Part shown: positions 22,360 through 35,045 of the stretch, piece after piece | Layout of the letters: the number at the start of each line of letters is the position of its first letter | How positions within the stretch are numbered: position 1 is the stretch's first letter | Source: Octopus sinensis | Taxonomy: Eukaryota | Length of the DNA: 64,000 nucleotides | Direction: 5' to 3' | NCBI RefSeq assembly: GCF_006345805.1 | Contig: NC_043015.1 | Span: 42,842,001-42,906,000 of the forward strand | Notes under the pieces: model-generated | Told to the model about the DNA's origin: nothing | What the model saw: only the letters and a program-made list of their open reading frames with translations | Database searches by the model: none | Made by a program: the position numbers and the translations under genes

Positions 22360-23979
22360 CACAACAAACAAGATGAGGACAAATGGCCATCAAATGTAAA
22401 TAATCTAAATAATGTAAATGGACAAAGTGTTCTAAATTTAAACCTTCCATCACAATTTCATATTCATTCATGTTCCAGATGATGATAATCTTTTTTTTTT
22501 TTTTGATAAAGTTTACATTAATTTTCGAAATTAATTGAAACGAAAACAGAGAATTACGGTAACAAAACGGTTAATTATGGTTTCAAATTTTGCCACAAGG
22601 GCAGCAATTTTCAGGCAGGGGATGAGTCGATTACGTTGACCCCAGTGTTCAACTAGTACTTATTTTATCGAACCCTGAAGGCAAAGTCAATTTCAGTGGA
22701 ATTTGAACTACAAAAAAAAAAAAAATAAAAGGTTTAATAAGGACAACCATTTTACTAAATTCTTTCTTATTTTCAAAATTAAAACTTTCCATTAAAATTT
22801 CAGGTTAATTTACTAGGTTCTCATCAGAAGATTCTAAATCGTTTTAAATATCTCAGAGAATTAAGCAACCAATCTCTTTAGATATGCAACAATTTCAGTA
22901 GCTACAGAGAAATGAGAGTGCTAATTTGCATGCTGCAAATGATAATACTTTATTTAATATCAGGGACCTGTCGATAGGGATCTCAGTTCACACAGTATCT
23001 AAGTATGATGTAATATATGTAACCTAATAAGGCAGCAAGCTTGCAGAAATGTTAGCATGCTGGGCAAAATGCTTAGTGGCATTTCATCTGTCTTCACGTT
23101 CTGAGTTCAAATTCCACCAAGGTCGACTTTGGCTTACTTCCTTTCAAGGTTGATAAATTAAGTACTAGTTGCGTACTGGGGTTGATCTAATCAACTGGCC
23201 CCCTCACCAAAAATTTCAGGCCTTGTGGCTCGTGTAGAAAAAAAAACATTTGCACACTGAACGAAATGCTTAACAGTATTTTGTCTGTCTTTGTGTTCTG
23301 AGTTCAAATTGCACTGACTTTACCTTTCATCCTTTTAGGATCTATAAATTAAGTACCAGTTGTGTACTAGGGTCGATATAATCGACTGGGCCCATCCCCA
23401 AAAGATTTCGGGCCTTGTACTTAGTGTAGAAAAGAATATATGTATAAATATATATATATATATTTGCTAGTACCGCCGGACTGGCCCCATGCCAGTGGCA
23501 CATAAAAGCACCCACTACACTCTCGGAGTGGTTGGCGTTAGGAAGGGCATCCAGCTGTAGAAACTCCACCTGATCAAGATTGAAGCCTGGTTTGCCAGCC
23601 CTCAGTCAAATTGTTAAACCCATGCCAGCATGGAAAGGGGACGTTAAACGATGATCATGATGATGATATATAAGAAAATGGAGAAGAAATATAGTGGATA
23701 CTTATTTTATTTTGTTTGTATCATGATGAAAACATATCAAATAATGTAATACAAATAAAATCTAAAGGAACAGAATCAACAAGAAATAAGCATAAACGAT
23801 GTCTACACATGTTTCAAACTGGAACTTTCTCTCAATATATAAACTGGTACCACCAGTTGATATCTGGATTTTAAGAATCCTTAACAAGGTAATTACATCC
23901 TCAATTTTGACAGTATAATACGTAACCTCATGAATCGTTGGTGATTTTCTTCCTCCGTCTTTCTATTGGACTTTCCTCT

Positions 23980-24015
23980 GCTTCTGAAGAAGAGCGTCTG
24001 CTTGAAACGTCAAAC
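23980..24015 (+). ncRNA. Partly decayed minimal hammerhead motif
   Basis: GCUU CUGAAGA a GAGC gucu GCUU GAAA CG UC AAAC; core intact, palindromic ACGU, one mismatch in stem I. Confidence 0.55.
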
Positions 24016-24335
24016 CATCTTTCTTTCCTTCCCTGAGCGTCTGCTAATACTTTACATGTACCACGTCCTAATGTTAATTTTTTGGGTTTGTTCTTTTTTG
24101 GATTTACTATACATAACTTACTGTTAATAAAAGTCAGGGTGCATGTTAATAAGGAAAAAAAATGTATTGTAAATACACAATTGCAAAGTAAAAAGCATGT
24201 AATGTAAATTGAATGCACAAATGGACACAAGACAGACATAGAAGGTCTCTAATTTTTCATCAGTTATCAACCATATGGTAATAGTGCGAAACAGTAATAC
24301 ATTTTTTACTTTTCGTTTGTGATTTACTATACTTT

Positions 24336-24367
<32 letters not shown>

Positions 24368-24596
24368 CAAGATAAGAAAATGGAGAAATACATCTAAATC
24401 AAATATCAATTACCAGATAATACTCAATCACATAATTTATTAAACCACCACATAAGAGACTGTAGGGTTAAATATAAAAAGCAGAACAAATCAGTGTACA
24501 TAAAGGAATGTACATAAAAAAGTGCACATAAAAGAGTAATGTTGTATAATAAGTAGAATATATATAAAAGAGAATATAAATATAAGTATAAATTAC

Positions 24597-24723
24597 ATCT
24601 TACAGCTGTTTTGGCCATGTCGATATATATGTCTCATTTTACCAATATTAGCCCTTTATGGTTGATCAATATATAGATATAAATGAGACATTAACAAAAA
24701 TATCACAAGGCCTCTTCGGAGAT
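24597..24723 (-). ncRNA. Decayed hammerhead motif with long stem II
   Basis: Minus: AUCU CCGAAGA GGCC...(internal hairpin)...GGCC AAAA CAGCUG UA AGAU. Stem I and the palindrome ACAGCUGU are intact; two core substitutions, probably inactive. Confidence 0.5.
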
Positions 24724-26349
24724 TATGTTATATATATATATGTATATATATATATATTATTACGAATTTGGGATTTTACCAATAGAACTGCAACTCCTAT
24801 CTCAGGATAGCCTTATTGATTGGAATACACATAGAAAGTTATATCCAATAAAATGATATAAGCATTTAAAAAAACTACTATAAAATACAAGGGCAACCAG
24901 TTATAGAAACCCTGCCAAATCGGACTAGAGTCTGGTGTAGCACCCCCAGCTTGTCAGCTTTGGTCACACTGTCCAACTCATGCCAGCATGGTCAACAGAT
25001 GTTAAATTATGATGACGATGATGGTGAAACAAAAAACAAGTGTAATATTTCATTTAGATATATTAAATCTGTTTAACTTATGTCACTGGTTTCATCCATT
25101 TTAGCTGAACTTATAAAATGAAAGTGGAGACGCATGGCTTAGTGGTTAGGGTGTCAGCATCATGATCGTAAGATTGTGGTTTCAATACCTGGACCAGGCG
25201 ACGCATTGTGTTCTTGAGCAAAACACTTCATTTCACGTTGCTCCAGTCCACTCAGCTGGCAAAAATGAGTAACATTACAAAGGACTGGCGTCCCGTCCAG
25301 CTTGGGAATACAAATGCCATTGAAACTGGGAAACTGGGCCCATGAGCCTGGCTAGGCTTAAAAAGAGCGCATTTATATTGTTATATAAAATGAAAATGAG
25401 AAAATAATTATCGAACGTAATTAGAATATGTAGGACTGGAAATTTTACACATATATACATACATGTAGGTACAGGTATGGCTGTGTGATAAGAAGCTTGC
25501 TCCCCAACTTGATGGTTCTGGGTTCAGTCCCACTACATGACACCTTGGGTGAATGTTTTCTGCTATAGCCTTGTGAGTGGATTTGATAGACGGAAGCTGA
25601 AAGAAGGTCATCATGTGTGTGTACATATATATATATATATGTATATGTGTGTATGTGTCTTTGTGTCTATGTTTGTCCTCCACCACCACCTGGTAACTGG
25701 TGTTGGTGTGTTTACATCCCTGTAACTTGGCAGTTCAGCAAAACAGACTGATAGAATAAGTACGAGGTTTTAAATAAAATAAGGTTGATTTATTTGACTA
25801 AAAACTCTTCAAAGCAGTGCTCCAGCATGGCTGTAGACTAAATAGTAAAAATATATATAAAAAAAAAGACATTCACAACCAGTTTCTTGTAGGTTTCCAT
25901 TGACCAAATCCACAAAGCTTTGATTGACCTGGGCCTATAGTAGCAGACGCCACATAGCGGAACTGAACCCTTGACCATGTTGTTGGAAAGCAAGCTTCTT
26001 ACCCACACAGCCACTCCTACTTTCTAATTAATCTAATGAAAATCCTCCAATCAACAAATGAAATATTTCCTCTCTTGGCAACACTCCAATATGCTTCCCA
26101 TATTTTTGGTTCTTGAATTTCTAAATCTTATTAATTTCTTTTAGCAGAATGAAAGACTAAAACATGGTTTCCATTTCTATTATTCCATAAAAATTCATTC
26201 CATTCTTCTGTTCTCAATAAATACTTATTTTTCTTCAACAATCTTTGTTGGTCCTTCTTTTATTCTAATTTTGTTTTGTTTTGTTTTTTATCTTGGGAGG
26301 GTCATTTTGCCAATAAACACACACACATACATTGGTTATATTTCACTTC

Positions 26350-26388
<39 letters not shown>

Positions 26389-26484
26389 TATTATTATTTT
26401 TATTATTAATCAATCAGTTAACCATTTAATTAATTAAGAATTGTTTGATTAATTGTTCTGCCAATGACTCTCTCTTTCTTTACT

Positions 26485-27255
26485 ACCTATTTCTTTACTA
26501 CCCACAAGGGGCAAAACATAGAAGGGACAAACAAGTACAGACAAACGGATTAAGTCGATTATATCGACCCCAGTGCGTAACTGGTACTTATTTAATCGAC
26601 CCCGAAAGGATAAAAGGCAAAGTCGACCTCGGCGGAATTTGAACTCAGAACGTAGCAGCAGACTAAATACCTATTTCTATTTCTTTACTACCCACAAGGG
26701 GCTAAACATTGAAGGGACAAACAAGTACAGACAAACGGATTAATTCGATTATATCGACCACAGTGTGTAACTGGTACTTAATTTATTGACCCCGAAAGGA
26801 TGAAAGGCAAAGTCGACCTCAGCAGAATTTGATCTCAGAACGTAACGGCAGACGAAATAACGCTAAACATTTCGCCTGGCCTGCTAACGTTTCTGTATCT
26901 TTCGGTTGTACACCATGATATTGTTGTAAATGAGCATCACCGTCATACAAGCAGTGTCTTTCTTTCAAGAGGGAAAGCCACGTTTATTCCACAGCACAGA
27001 GGCTCCAAGACTGGTGATCCCTATCCTGTCAGCTTTTGCCGCCCGAATGATAATAGCGGTTTCAAATTTTAGCACAAGGCCAGTAATTTTTAGGGGAGAG
27101 GGTAAGTCGATTACATCGACTCCAGTATACAACTGGTACATATTTTAACGACCCATAAAGGATGGAAAGCAATATCAACCTCAGCGGAATTGGAACTCAG
27201 AACTCCGCTAAGAATTTTGTCCGGCGAACTCGTGATTCTGCCAGCTCGCCGCTCC
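26485..27255 (-). repeat. SINE family B tandem copies
   Basis: Same unit in reverse orientation, three copies. Confidence 0.85.
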
Positions 27256-27286
<31 letters not shown>

Positions 27287-27313
27287 TAATATAATATTAT
27301 GTAATAATTAAAA

Positions 27314-27703
27314 ATAGGAGTGGCTGTGTGGTAAGTAGCTTGCTAACCAACCACATGGTTCTGGGTTCAGTCCCACTGCGTGGCACCTTGGGCAAGTGTC
27401 TTCTACTATAGTCTCGGGCCGACCAAAGCCTTGTGAGTGAATTTGGTAGACGGAAACTGAAAGAAGCCCGTCGTATATATATTTATATGCGTGTGTGTGT
27501 TTGTGTGTCTGTGTTTGTCCCCCTAGCATTGCTTGACAACCGATGCTGGTGTGTTTACGTCCCCGTAACTTAGCGGTTCGGCAAAAGAGACCGATAGAAT
27601 AAGTACTGGGCTTCCAAAGAATAAGTCCCGGGGTTGATTTGCTCGACTAAAGGCGGTGCTCCAGCATGGCCGCAGTCAAATGACTGAAACAAGTAAAAGA
27701 GTA
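27314..27703 (+). mobile_element. tRNA-derived SINE family A, representative full copy (others near 2530-2980 +, 3525-3885 -, 19404-20442 -, 20725-21128 -, 25465-25850 +, 31141-31810 -, 32320-32700 -, 35440-35855 -, 36325-36640 -, 38515-38892 -)
   Basis: A-box-like TGGCTGTGTGG, B-box-like GGTTCAGTCCC, conserved middle GTGAGTG(G/A)ATTTGGTAGACGGAAACTGAAAGAAGCCCG, internal (TA)n(TG)n, tail CCAGCATGGCCGCAGTCAAATGACTGAAACAAGTAAAAGAG. More than 10 copies in the window. Confidence 0.9.
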
Positions 27704-28015
27704 TCTTAAAATGTTATAATTAAGCGTAACGAGTAAAAACAAAATTTTTACATTTCAGAGTTATTTCCCTTACATCAGACTGTAGTGAGAAATAACTTGA
27801 GGCCGATAGAATAAGTACTAAGCTTCCAGAATAAGTCCTGGGCTCGATTTGTTCGACTAAATGTGACGCACCAGTTTGGCTGCAGTCAAATGACTGAAAT
27901 GAATAAAAGAAAAGGCGGCGAGCTGGCAGAAATGTTAGCACACCGGGCAAAATGCTTAGCACGATGTGGTCCAACTTTACGCTCTGAGTTCAAATTCCGC
28001 CGAGGTTCGTCTTTC

Positions 28016-28061
<46 letters not shown>

Positions 28062-28326
28062 CCCGACAAGGTTATCAGATGTTGCTACACATCGCTGATC
28101 ACAATGCGCTTCGCATTGTTTTAGCCTTCAAATGACGCCACCCCGTTGGCTAAGCGAGCAGTCCAACAGAAGAAAGAGTGGTGAAAGAGTACAGCAGGGA
28201 GTCACCATTCTCGTGGAGCTTTTAGATGTTTTCGCTCAATAAACACTCACAACATCCGGTCTGGGAATCGAAACCGCGATCCTACGACCGCAAATCCGCT
28301 GCTCTATCCACTGGGCCATTGCCCCT

Positions 28327-28359
<33 letters not shown>

Positions 28360-29140
28360 CACACATATATATAAATATGGATAAGATCGTTAATTTAAAA
28401 ATAAAATAATGATTTTATCAAGTGGCCAGCATGGAAAAAATAACCTTCAAAGGTAATAATTATCAAAATTATAAATTAGGGCATCTACGAGATACCACCA
28501 TGCTGAAAATAGCAACCATGATCCAACTTTAAAATCACCTAAATTATAATTTATAATTTTAATAATTATTACCTTTGAAGGTTATTTTTTCCATGCAGGC
28601 CACTTGATAAAATCGTTATTTTATTTTTAAATTAAGGATCTTATCCTTATTTATATAAATTTAAATTTATTTCGTCACTGTATTTACTGCGGTGATATTC
28701 TGACCATATTTCACGTGGAATGAAACGGCGGGCATTTTGAACTGGCCACAATGCAGACGTGTCTATGTTTGTGGGTGTGGCCCACCCTTACTCTGCGGAC
28801 ACTGAATCCACCCGCTTCCCACCCACAAGAAAACAAAAGAAAAAAGATAATGCAAACACACAGGATAACTTAGAAAATTCTAATCCCAATAACAAGGAAG
28901 AAATAGGTGAAATATTGGAAAGGGTTGACAGCCGGGATAGGGCAGGGTTGATGTATGGAATAATTTCTGAGGACCAAGAAAAAGAACTCAAGGAAAAATT
29001 ATTGGAAAAATGTTATAAATTGATTAAGCAAACAATTGAACCGAATAAAAGACATGAACTGGAAGAAATATATGGAAGGAAACTTAGAGGACTACATGTT
29101 TTTCATACCGTTATAGGGAAGAAGGACAGGTAAGTGATTC

Positions 29141-29402
29141 GGTACTACTTGAGAACAGTGGTCCCGGTGCGCGCACTCGCGCTAGCTAGTCATGACTAGT
29201 CGATCCTTACTTTGTGTTTTTGTGTGTTATTTACTTTGTTTAAAAAATTATTGGCACTGTCATGCCTTTAGTTTACTTTGTGTAAAAAAATTATTTAGTT
29301 TTATTTACTTTGCTAGATACTCGTTTTAGGATCGACTAGTCACCACTAGCTAGCGCGACTGCGCGAGTGCGCGCACCGGGACCACTGTTCTCAAGTAGTA
29401 CC
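29141..29402. mobile_element. Merlin-like MITE M1 copy
   Basis: TIR GGTACTACTTGAGAACAGTGGTCCCGGTGCGCGCACTCGCG at both ends; TSD AGTGATTC/AGTGATGC (7 of 8). Confidence 0.85.
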
Positions 29403-30179
29403 AGTGATGCTATCGGGTGGGGCCGTTACCATCGCTTTCATTTTTCATTTTCAAAACTTTCATTTTTCATACGTTTATGTATTTGAGATGTTTTGTGTCC
29501 CCAATGTTTCTAATGTCCCCCTCTGTGTAAGCCCTTTATGGGTAATAAAAAAAATCAACGTGCATATATATATATATGGGTATACGTTCGTATAAGTAAG
29601 TATTCGTATGCTGTATTATTTATATTATATATATATAATAATTTGTTTAAGAACTTCTGTGAATCTAACCATCCACCAATTCTTCTCCAATAAATTTATA
29701 ATTCTATAAACGATTTCCTTGTTAATGTATTGGAGTTAGCGAACATCATTGGGCGGCAGCGTGGGTGTTTGATTAAGAGGCTCACCTTACAGCCGCGTCG
29801 ATTCAGGTTCGATCTCACTACGCAGCGCCTTATGCTAGTGTCTTCTACTGTAGCCCAAGGCTGACCAATGCCTATGAGTGGATTTTGGATGACGGAAACT
29901 GAAAGCTTGTTGTTTTATGCATATTGTCTGTGTGTGTGTTTGTATATATATATATATATTTTACACATTTTTCTCCGTTTTCTTTCCATTTTCCCCCTCT
30001 TAATCTTTTCTGTCGAAGTGCCTAGGCTTCCATTCTTCCCGAGCGTTAAACTAATACACCTGCTTGTTGTTCTTTCACCTGTCTTCGTCTTTTGTTTTCT
30101 CTGAATATATATATATATTGTTGTATTTCGGGACGGTCATTTTTTTTGCCAAATAAACACACGCACTATATATTTTTTT

Positions 30180-30852
30180 CTAATTAAGTCGAAAGCATCG
30201 ACACCAATGCGTAACTGGTACTTAATTAATCGACCCCGAAAGGATGAAATCAAAGTCGACCTCGGCGGAATTTGAACTCAGAACAAAATACCTATTTCTT
30301 TACAAACAAGGACAGACAAGCGGATTAAGTCGATTATATTGACCCCAGTGCAAAACTGGTACTTATTTAATCGACCCCGAAAGGATGAAAGGCAAAGTTG
30401 ACTTCGGCGGAATTTGATCTCAGAACATAGCGGCAGACGAAATACCTATTTCTTTACTACCCACAAGGGGCTAAACACAGAGGGGACAAACAAGGACGAC
30501 AAACGGATTAAGTCGATTATATCGACCCCAGTGCGTAACTGGTACTTAATTCATCGACCCCCGAAAGGATGAAAGGCAAAGTTGACCTCAGCGGAATTTG
30601 AATTCAGAACGTAGCGGCAGACAAAATACGGCTACGCATTTCCTCCGGCGTGCTAACGTTTCTGCCATGTCGCCGCCGCCTTCTTTAAAGAATATTTTCT
30701 ACTCTATCCCAAGGCCCGAAATTCCGGATGAGTTGGGGAGGGTCAGTCGATTAGATCGACCCCAGTACGCAACTGGTACTTAATTTATCCAGACGAAAAA
30801 CCGCTAAGCATTTCGCCCGGCGTGCTAACGTTTCTGCCATCTCGCTGCCTTA
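30180..30852 (-). repeat. SINE family B tandem copies
   Basis: Same unit in reverse orientation, about four copies. Confidence 0.85.
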
Positions 30853-31354
30853 GATTAAAAGAATATTAAAGAGACTATCTTTCTGCTTCTTGAATATAAA
30901 TGTATGCCTGACACAGTTATTTCCCTTTGCGTCTTGCAGCACAGAGAATAGTTTTCCGTGGTGGAGCGTATCAAGTTATGTCCCTGTACGTTCTATGTTG
31001 AAATATTGTTGAGACACAACCCCTTGCCATTCCATCGGGTATTTTATAAAATATAAGTTCTACAGTTTCAGGCACTGGGAGTCCATATATACGACTATAA
31101 CCATTCTTCAAATTTATGACCTTGTACCTGTTCCAGAAATACTCTTTTACTTGTTTCAGTCATTTGAATGTGGCCATGCTAGAGCATCGCCTTTAGTCAA
31201 GCAAATCGATCCCAGGACTTATTCTTTGTAAGTCTAGTACTTAATCTATCGGTCTCTTTTGCCGAACCGCTACGTTACGGGGACGTAAGCACATCAGCAT
31301 AGGTTGTCCAGCGATGTTAGGGGGACAGACACAAACACACACATATACTACATA

Positions 31355-31390
<36 letters not shown>

Positions 31391-31600
31391 TGAATTCAGG
31401 AAATACAGCTTGCATTAATAATAATAGGAGTAGGAGTGGCTATGTGGTAAGTAGCTTGCTTACCAACCACATGGTTTCGGTTTCAGTCCCACTGCGTGGC
31501 ACCTTGAGCAAGTGTTTTACTATAACCTCGGGCCCACCAAAGCCTTGTGAGTTGATTTGGTAGACGGAAACTGAAAGAAGCCCGTCGTGTATGTATATGG

Positions 31601-31645
<45 letters not shown>

Positions 31646-33684
31646 CATACACGACGGGCTTCTTTCAGTTTCCGTCTACCAAATCAACTCACAAGGCTTT
31701 GGTGGGCCCGAGGTTATAGTAAAACACTTGCTCAAGGTGCCACGCAGTGGGACTGAAACCGAAACCATGTGGTTGGTAAGCAAGCTACTTACCACATAGC
31801 CACTCCTACTCCTATTATTATTAATGCAAGCTGTATTTCCTGAATTCAAATTCCCGTGGTTTTAAGAAGATTACTGGTCATCTTGCTTCAGCCTGTCACC
31901 AGGCACAAATCGCAGTGACTAAGAAAGCGGTTCTCATGTTGTAGAAGCATTTACCACTATCATCCAATGATGTACAGACGTTTCTCTATGGCTTCCTCAT
32001 GCTGTCAACTGAAAATCCCACGGTGATGGAAAAGTGGAGACATGTGTAGACCTAACCAGTTGTAAGTGGACATTAACTTACAACTTTCATCTGTCACCTA
32101 CGCTTCTGAACATATAGATCTGTAGGCCATCTGAGAGGTCATGGGCGGAAAGTGAGATATGCTTTTGACAACAAGGAGACACAAAGGGATGGCAATCATT
32201 CTTTAAAGAATCTAATCGACTGACCTCCTCCCCCTAAAATTATGCGCCTTGTGCCTAGAGGAGACCCCCCCCCCACCGCGATAGGTGAACATCTGTGAAG
32301 TAGAAACCATACTGTACTCACTCTTTTACTCTTTTCTCTTTTACTTGTTTCAGTCATTTGACTGTGGCCATGCTGGAGCATCGCCTTTAGTCGAGCAAAT
32401 CGACCCCAGGACTTATTCTTTTGCCGAACCGCTAGCTTAAGGGGACATAAACACACCAGCATCGGTTGTCAAGCGAAGTTGGGGGGACAAACACAGACAC
32501 ATAAACATGCACACATACACACACACACACATATACGACAGGCTTCTTTCAGTTTCTGTCTACCAAATCCACTCATAAGGCCTTGGTCGGCCCGAGGCTA
32601 TAGTAGAAGACACTTGCCCAAGGTGCCACACAGTGGGACTGAACCCAGAACCATGTGGTTCGTAAGCAATCTACTTACTACACAACCACTCCTACACCTA
32701 CTCTATTTTTTTTTATAATTTATATATATTTATTTTATTATAAATGCAAACAGCACCACGGAGAAATCAACGTAAGCTTGAATAGCGAACTGCGATATGG
32801 CGAGGGATTACTCTATATGCATGTGTGTGACTGTTTATATATTTGTGTACATTCTTGTGTGTGGGCACGAGTGCATGTGGTTGTGCTTGTGTCTGTGTGT
32901 GTGTGTGTGTGCGTGCCTCTGTGTGTGGTTGTGTTTATGTTTATGTTCATGCGTGATATGTGTGTGTACGTATGCTTGGGTGTGTGTATATGCGTGCGGT
33001 GGTTTTGAACAAAGTCAGAGTGAGAGATGCGACGTAGACCAAAGTTGCATTCGAACACAGAATATAAAAAAAAATTAATTAAAGAAGAAAAAAAACTGAA
33101 AGACGAAAAAGGATAAAAAAGGGGAATGATGTAATATATTTTATTTTTAGCCCAGTGCTGCAGGGAGGGAGGGGAGGAAGAAAGAAAGGAAGAAGCATGA
33201 AAGAAAGAAAGAAGGAACGAAGGAAGAAATATATGAAGTGAAAGAGAAATGCTGGCTTTTTCTTCTTTCCTTTAAACTTTCCTTCGATATTTCGCATTTA
33301 TGAATGAATGAATGAAAGAAAGAAGGGTGTTTTAGAATTGCAAGGAATTAATAAGTTGGCAGAGCATCTAAGAATTTCTCAAGATGTTTGATTTGGTTAT
33401 CTTATAATTTTGGCTGACAATAATCAGGTTTCTACAGACATTTGTTCTTTCTTCCTTTCTTTCTTTTCTTTCTATCTTTCTTTCCTTTTTCTTTTGCATC
33501 TGTCTGCCTGGGTAATAAATTTTACTGAGCTGTCAGCGAGAAAGAACTGGTAAAAATCTGTAATGATATGGTTAGATCATCTTGAGGGAGAGAAGGGATG
33601 GGTGGGGAGGGAGAGGGAATGAACAATTGGGAAAATATCGTAGCCAGTCTGATAGAAATCCTCCTCCTCTCCTTCCTCTGCATT

Positions 33685-34000
33685 ACCATCGTTGTCATCG
33701 TCATCATTATCCTCATCATCACCATCATCATCACCACCACCATCATCACCATCACCATCATCATCACCACCATCATCCTCATCATCATCATCATCATCAC
33801 CATCACCACCATCATCCTCATCATCATTACCATTATCATCATCATCACCATCATCCTCAGAAGCAGCAACATCATCATCACCACCATCATCACCACCACC
33901 ATCATCACCACCACCATCATCACCACCATCATCACCACCATCATCATCATCACCATCACCATCATCATCACCATCATCATCATCCTCATCATCATCATCA
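33685..34000. repeat. (CAT/CAC)n microsatellite
   Basis: Direct inspection. Confidence 0.95.
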
Positions 34001-34649
34001 CTATAACATCCATTTTCCCATGCTTGCGTGGGTCAGTGTCTCTCTCTCTCCCCCTCCCTCTCTCTCTCACTCGCCTTCTCTCTCTCTATCTATATAAAAC
34101 TTATATTACATTATTTTCTAACGCTGATTTTTAAAACAAATGGTTTGTGTTGTGTTTTTTTCAGTTAATCAGCAGCAAACATGGTGTTACTATACCAAAC
34201 ATCCTGTCTCCTCTCTCCGTAAAACTGAGACAACAAAAAAAAAACACTTAAAACAGTTCAGTTTGTTAATTAAAACTGATCTACTTAAATTAGTTATCTG
34301 TAAAATAAGGCTTCATCTGTGTTCATTAAATAAATCTGTACTAGTTAATTAGTTATCTGTGTGGTATACCGCTCCTTCTGTGTTCGTTAATTAATTAACC
34401 CTTAGAGAAAGATTGGGTTGATACAGCAGCTGAGTGATTATCGTGATAGGAAGATAAATGAAAGAGGTAATCTCTTGGAGAATAAATACGTTTTGTCTTT
34501 GAGTTTTATCTAAGTTCTGTTTTGTAGAGAGTTCAAGCTGGTTGCTAACAAAGTGACAAGACTTTTTTACTAGTTGAAAAGAAGATTGAGAATAAAGCTA
34601 TTTCTATATACTTGACATGAGTTGATGCACTTGTGTTTGCATGTATGTA

Positions 34650-34683
<34 letters not shown>

Positions 34684-35011
34684 ATCATCATCATTATTGT
34701 TTAACGTCCGCTTTCCATGCTAACATGGGTTGGACGATTTGACTGAGAGCTGGTGAACCAGATGGCTGCACCAGGCTCCAGTCTTGATCTGGCAGAGTTT
34801 CTACAGCTGGATGCCCTTCCTAACACCAACCACTCCAGGAGTGTAGTGGGTGCTTTTACATGCCACAGGCACGAGGGCCAGTCAGGTGGTACTGGCAACG
34901 GCCATGCTCAAAAGGTGCTTTTGATGTGCCACCTGCACAGGAGCCAGTTCAGCTGCACTGGCATATATATATATATATCCGTCCTGTCTGTCCATCCGTC
35001 CATACATCCAT

Positions 35012-35045
<34 letters not shown>

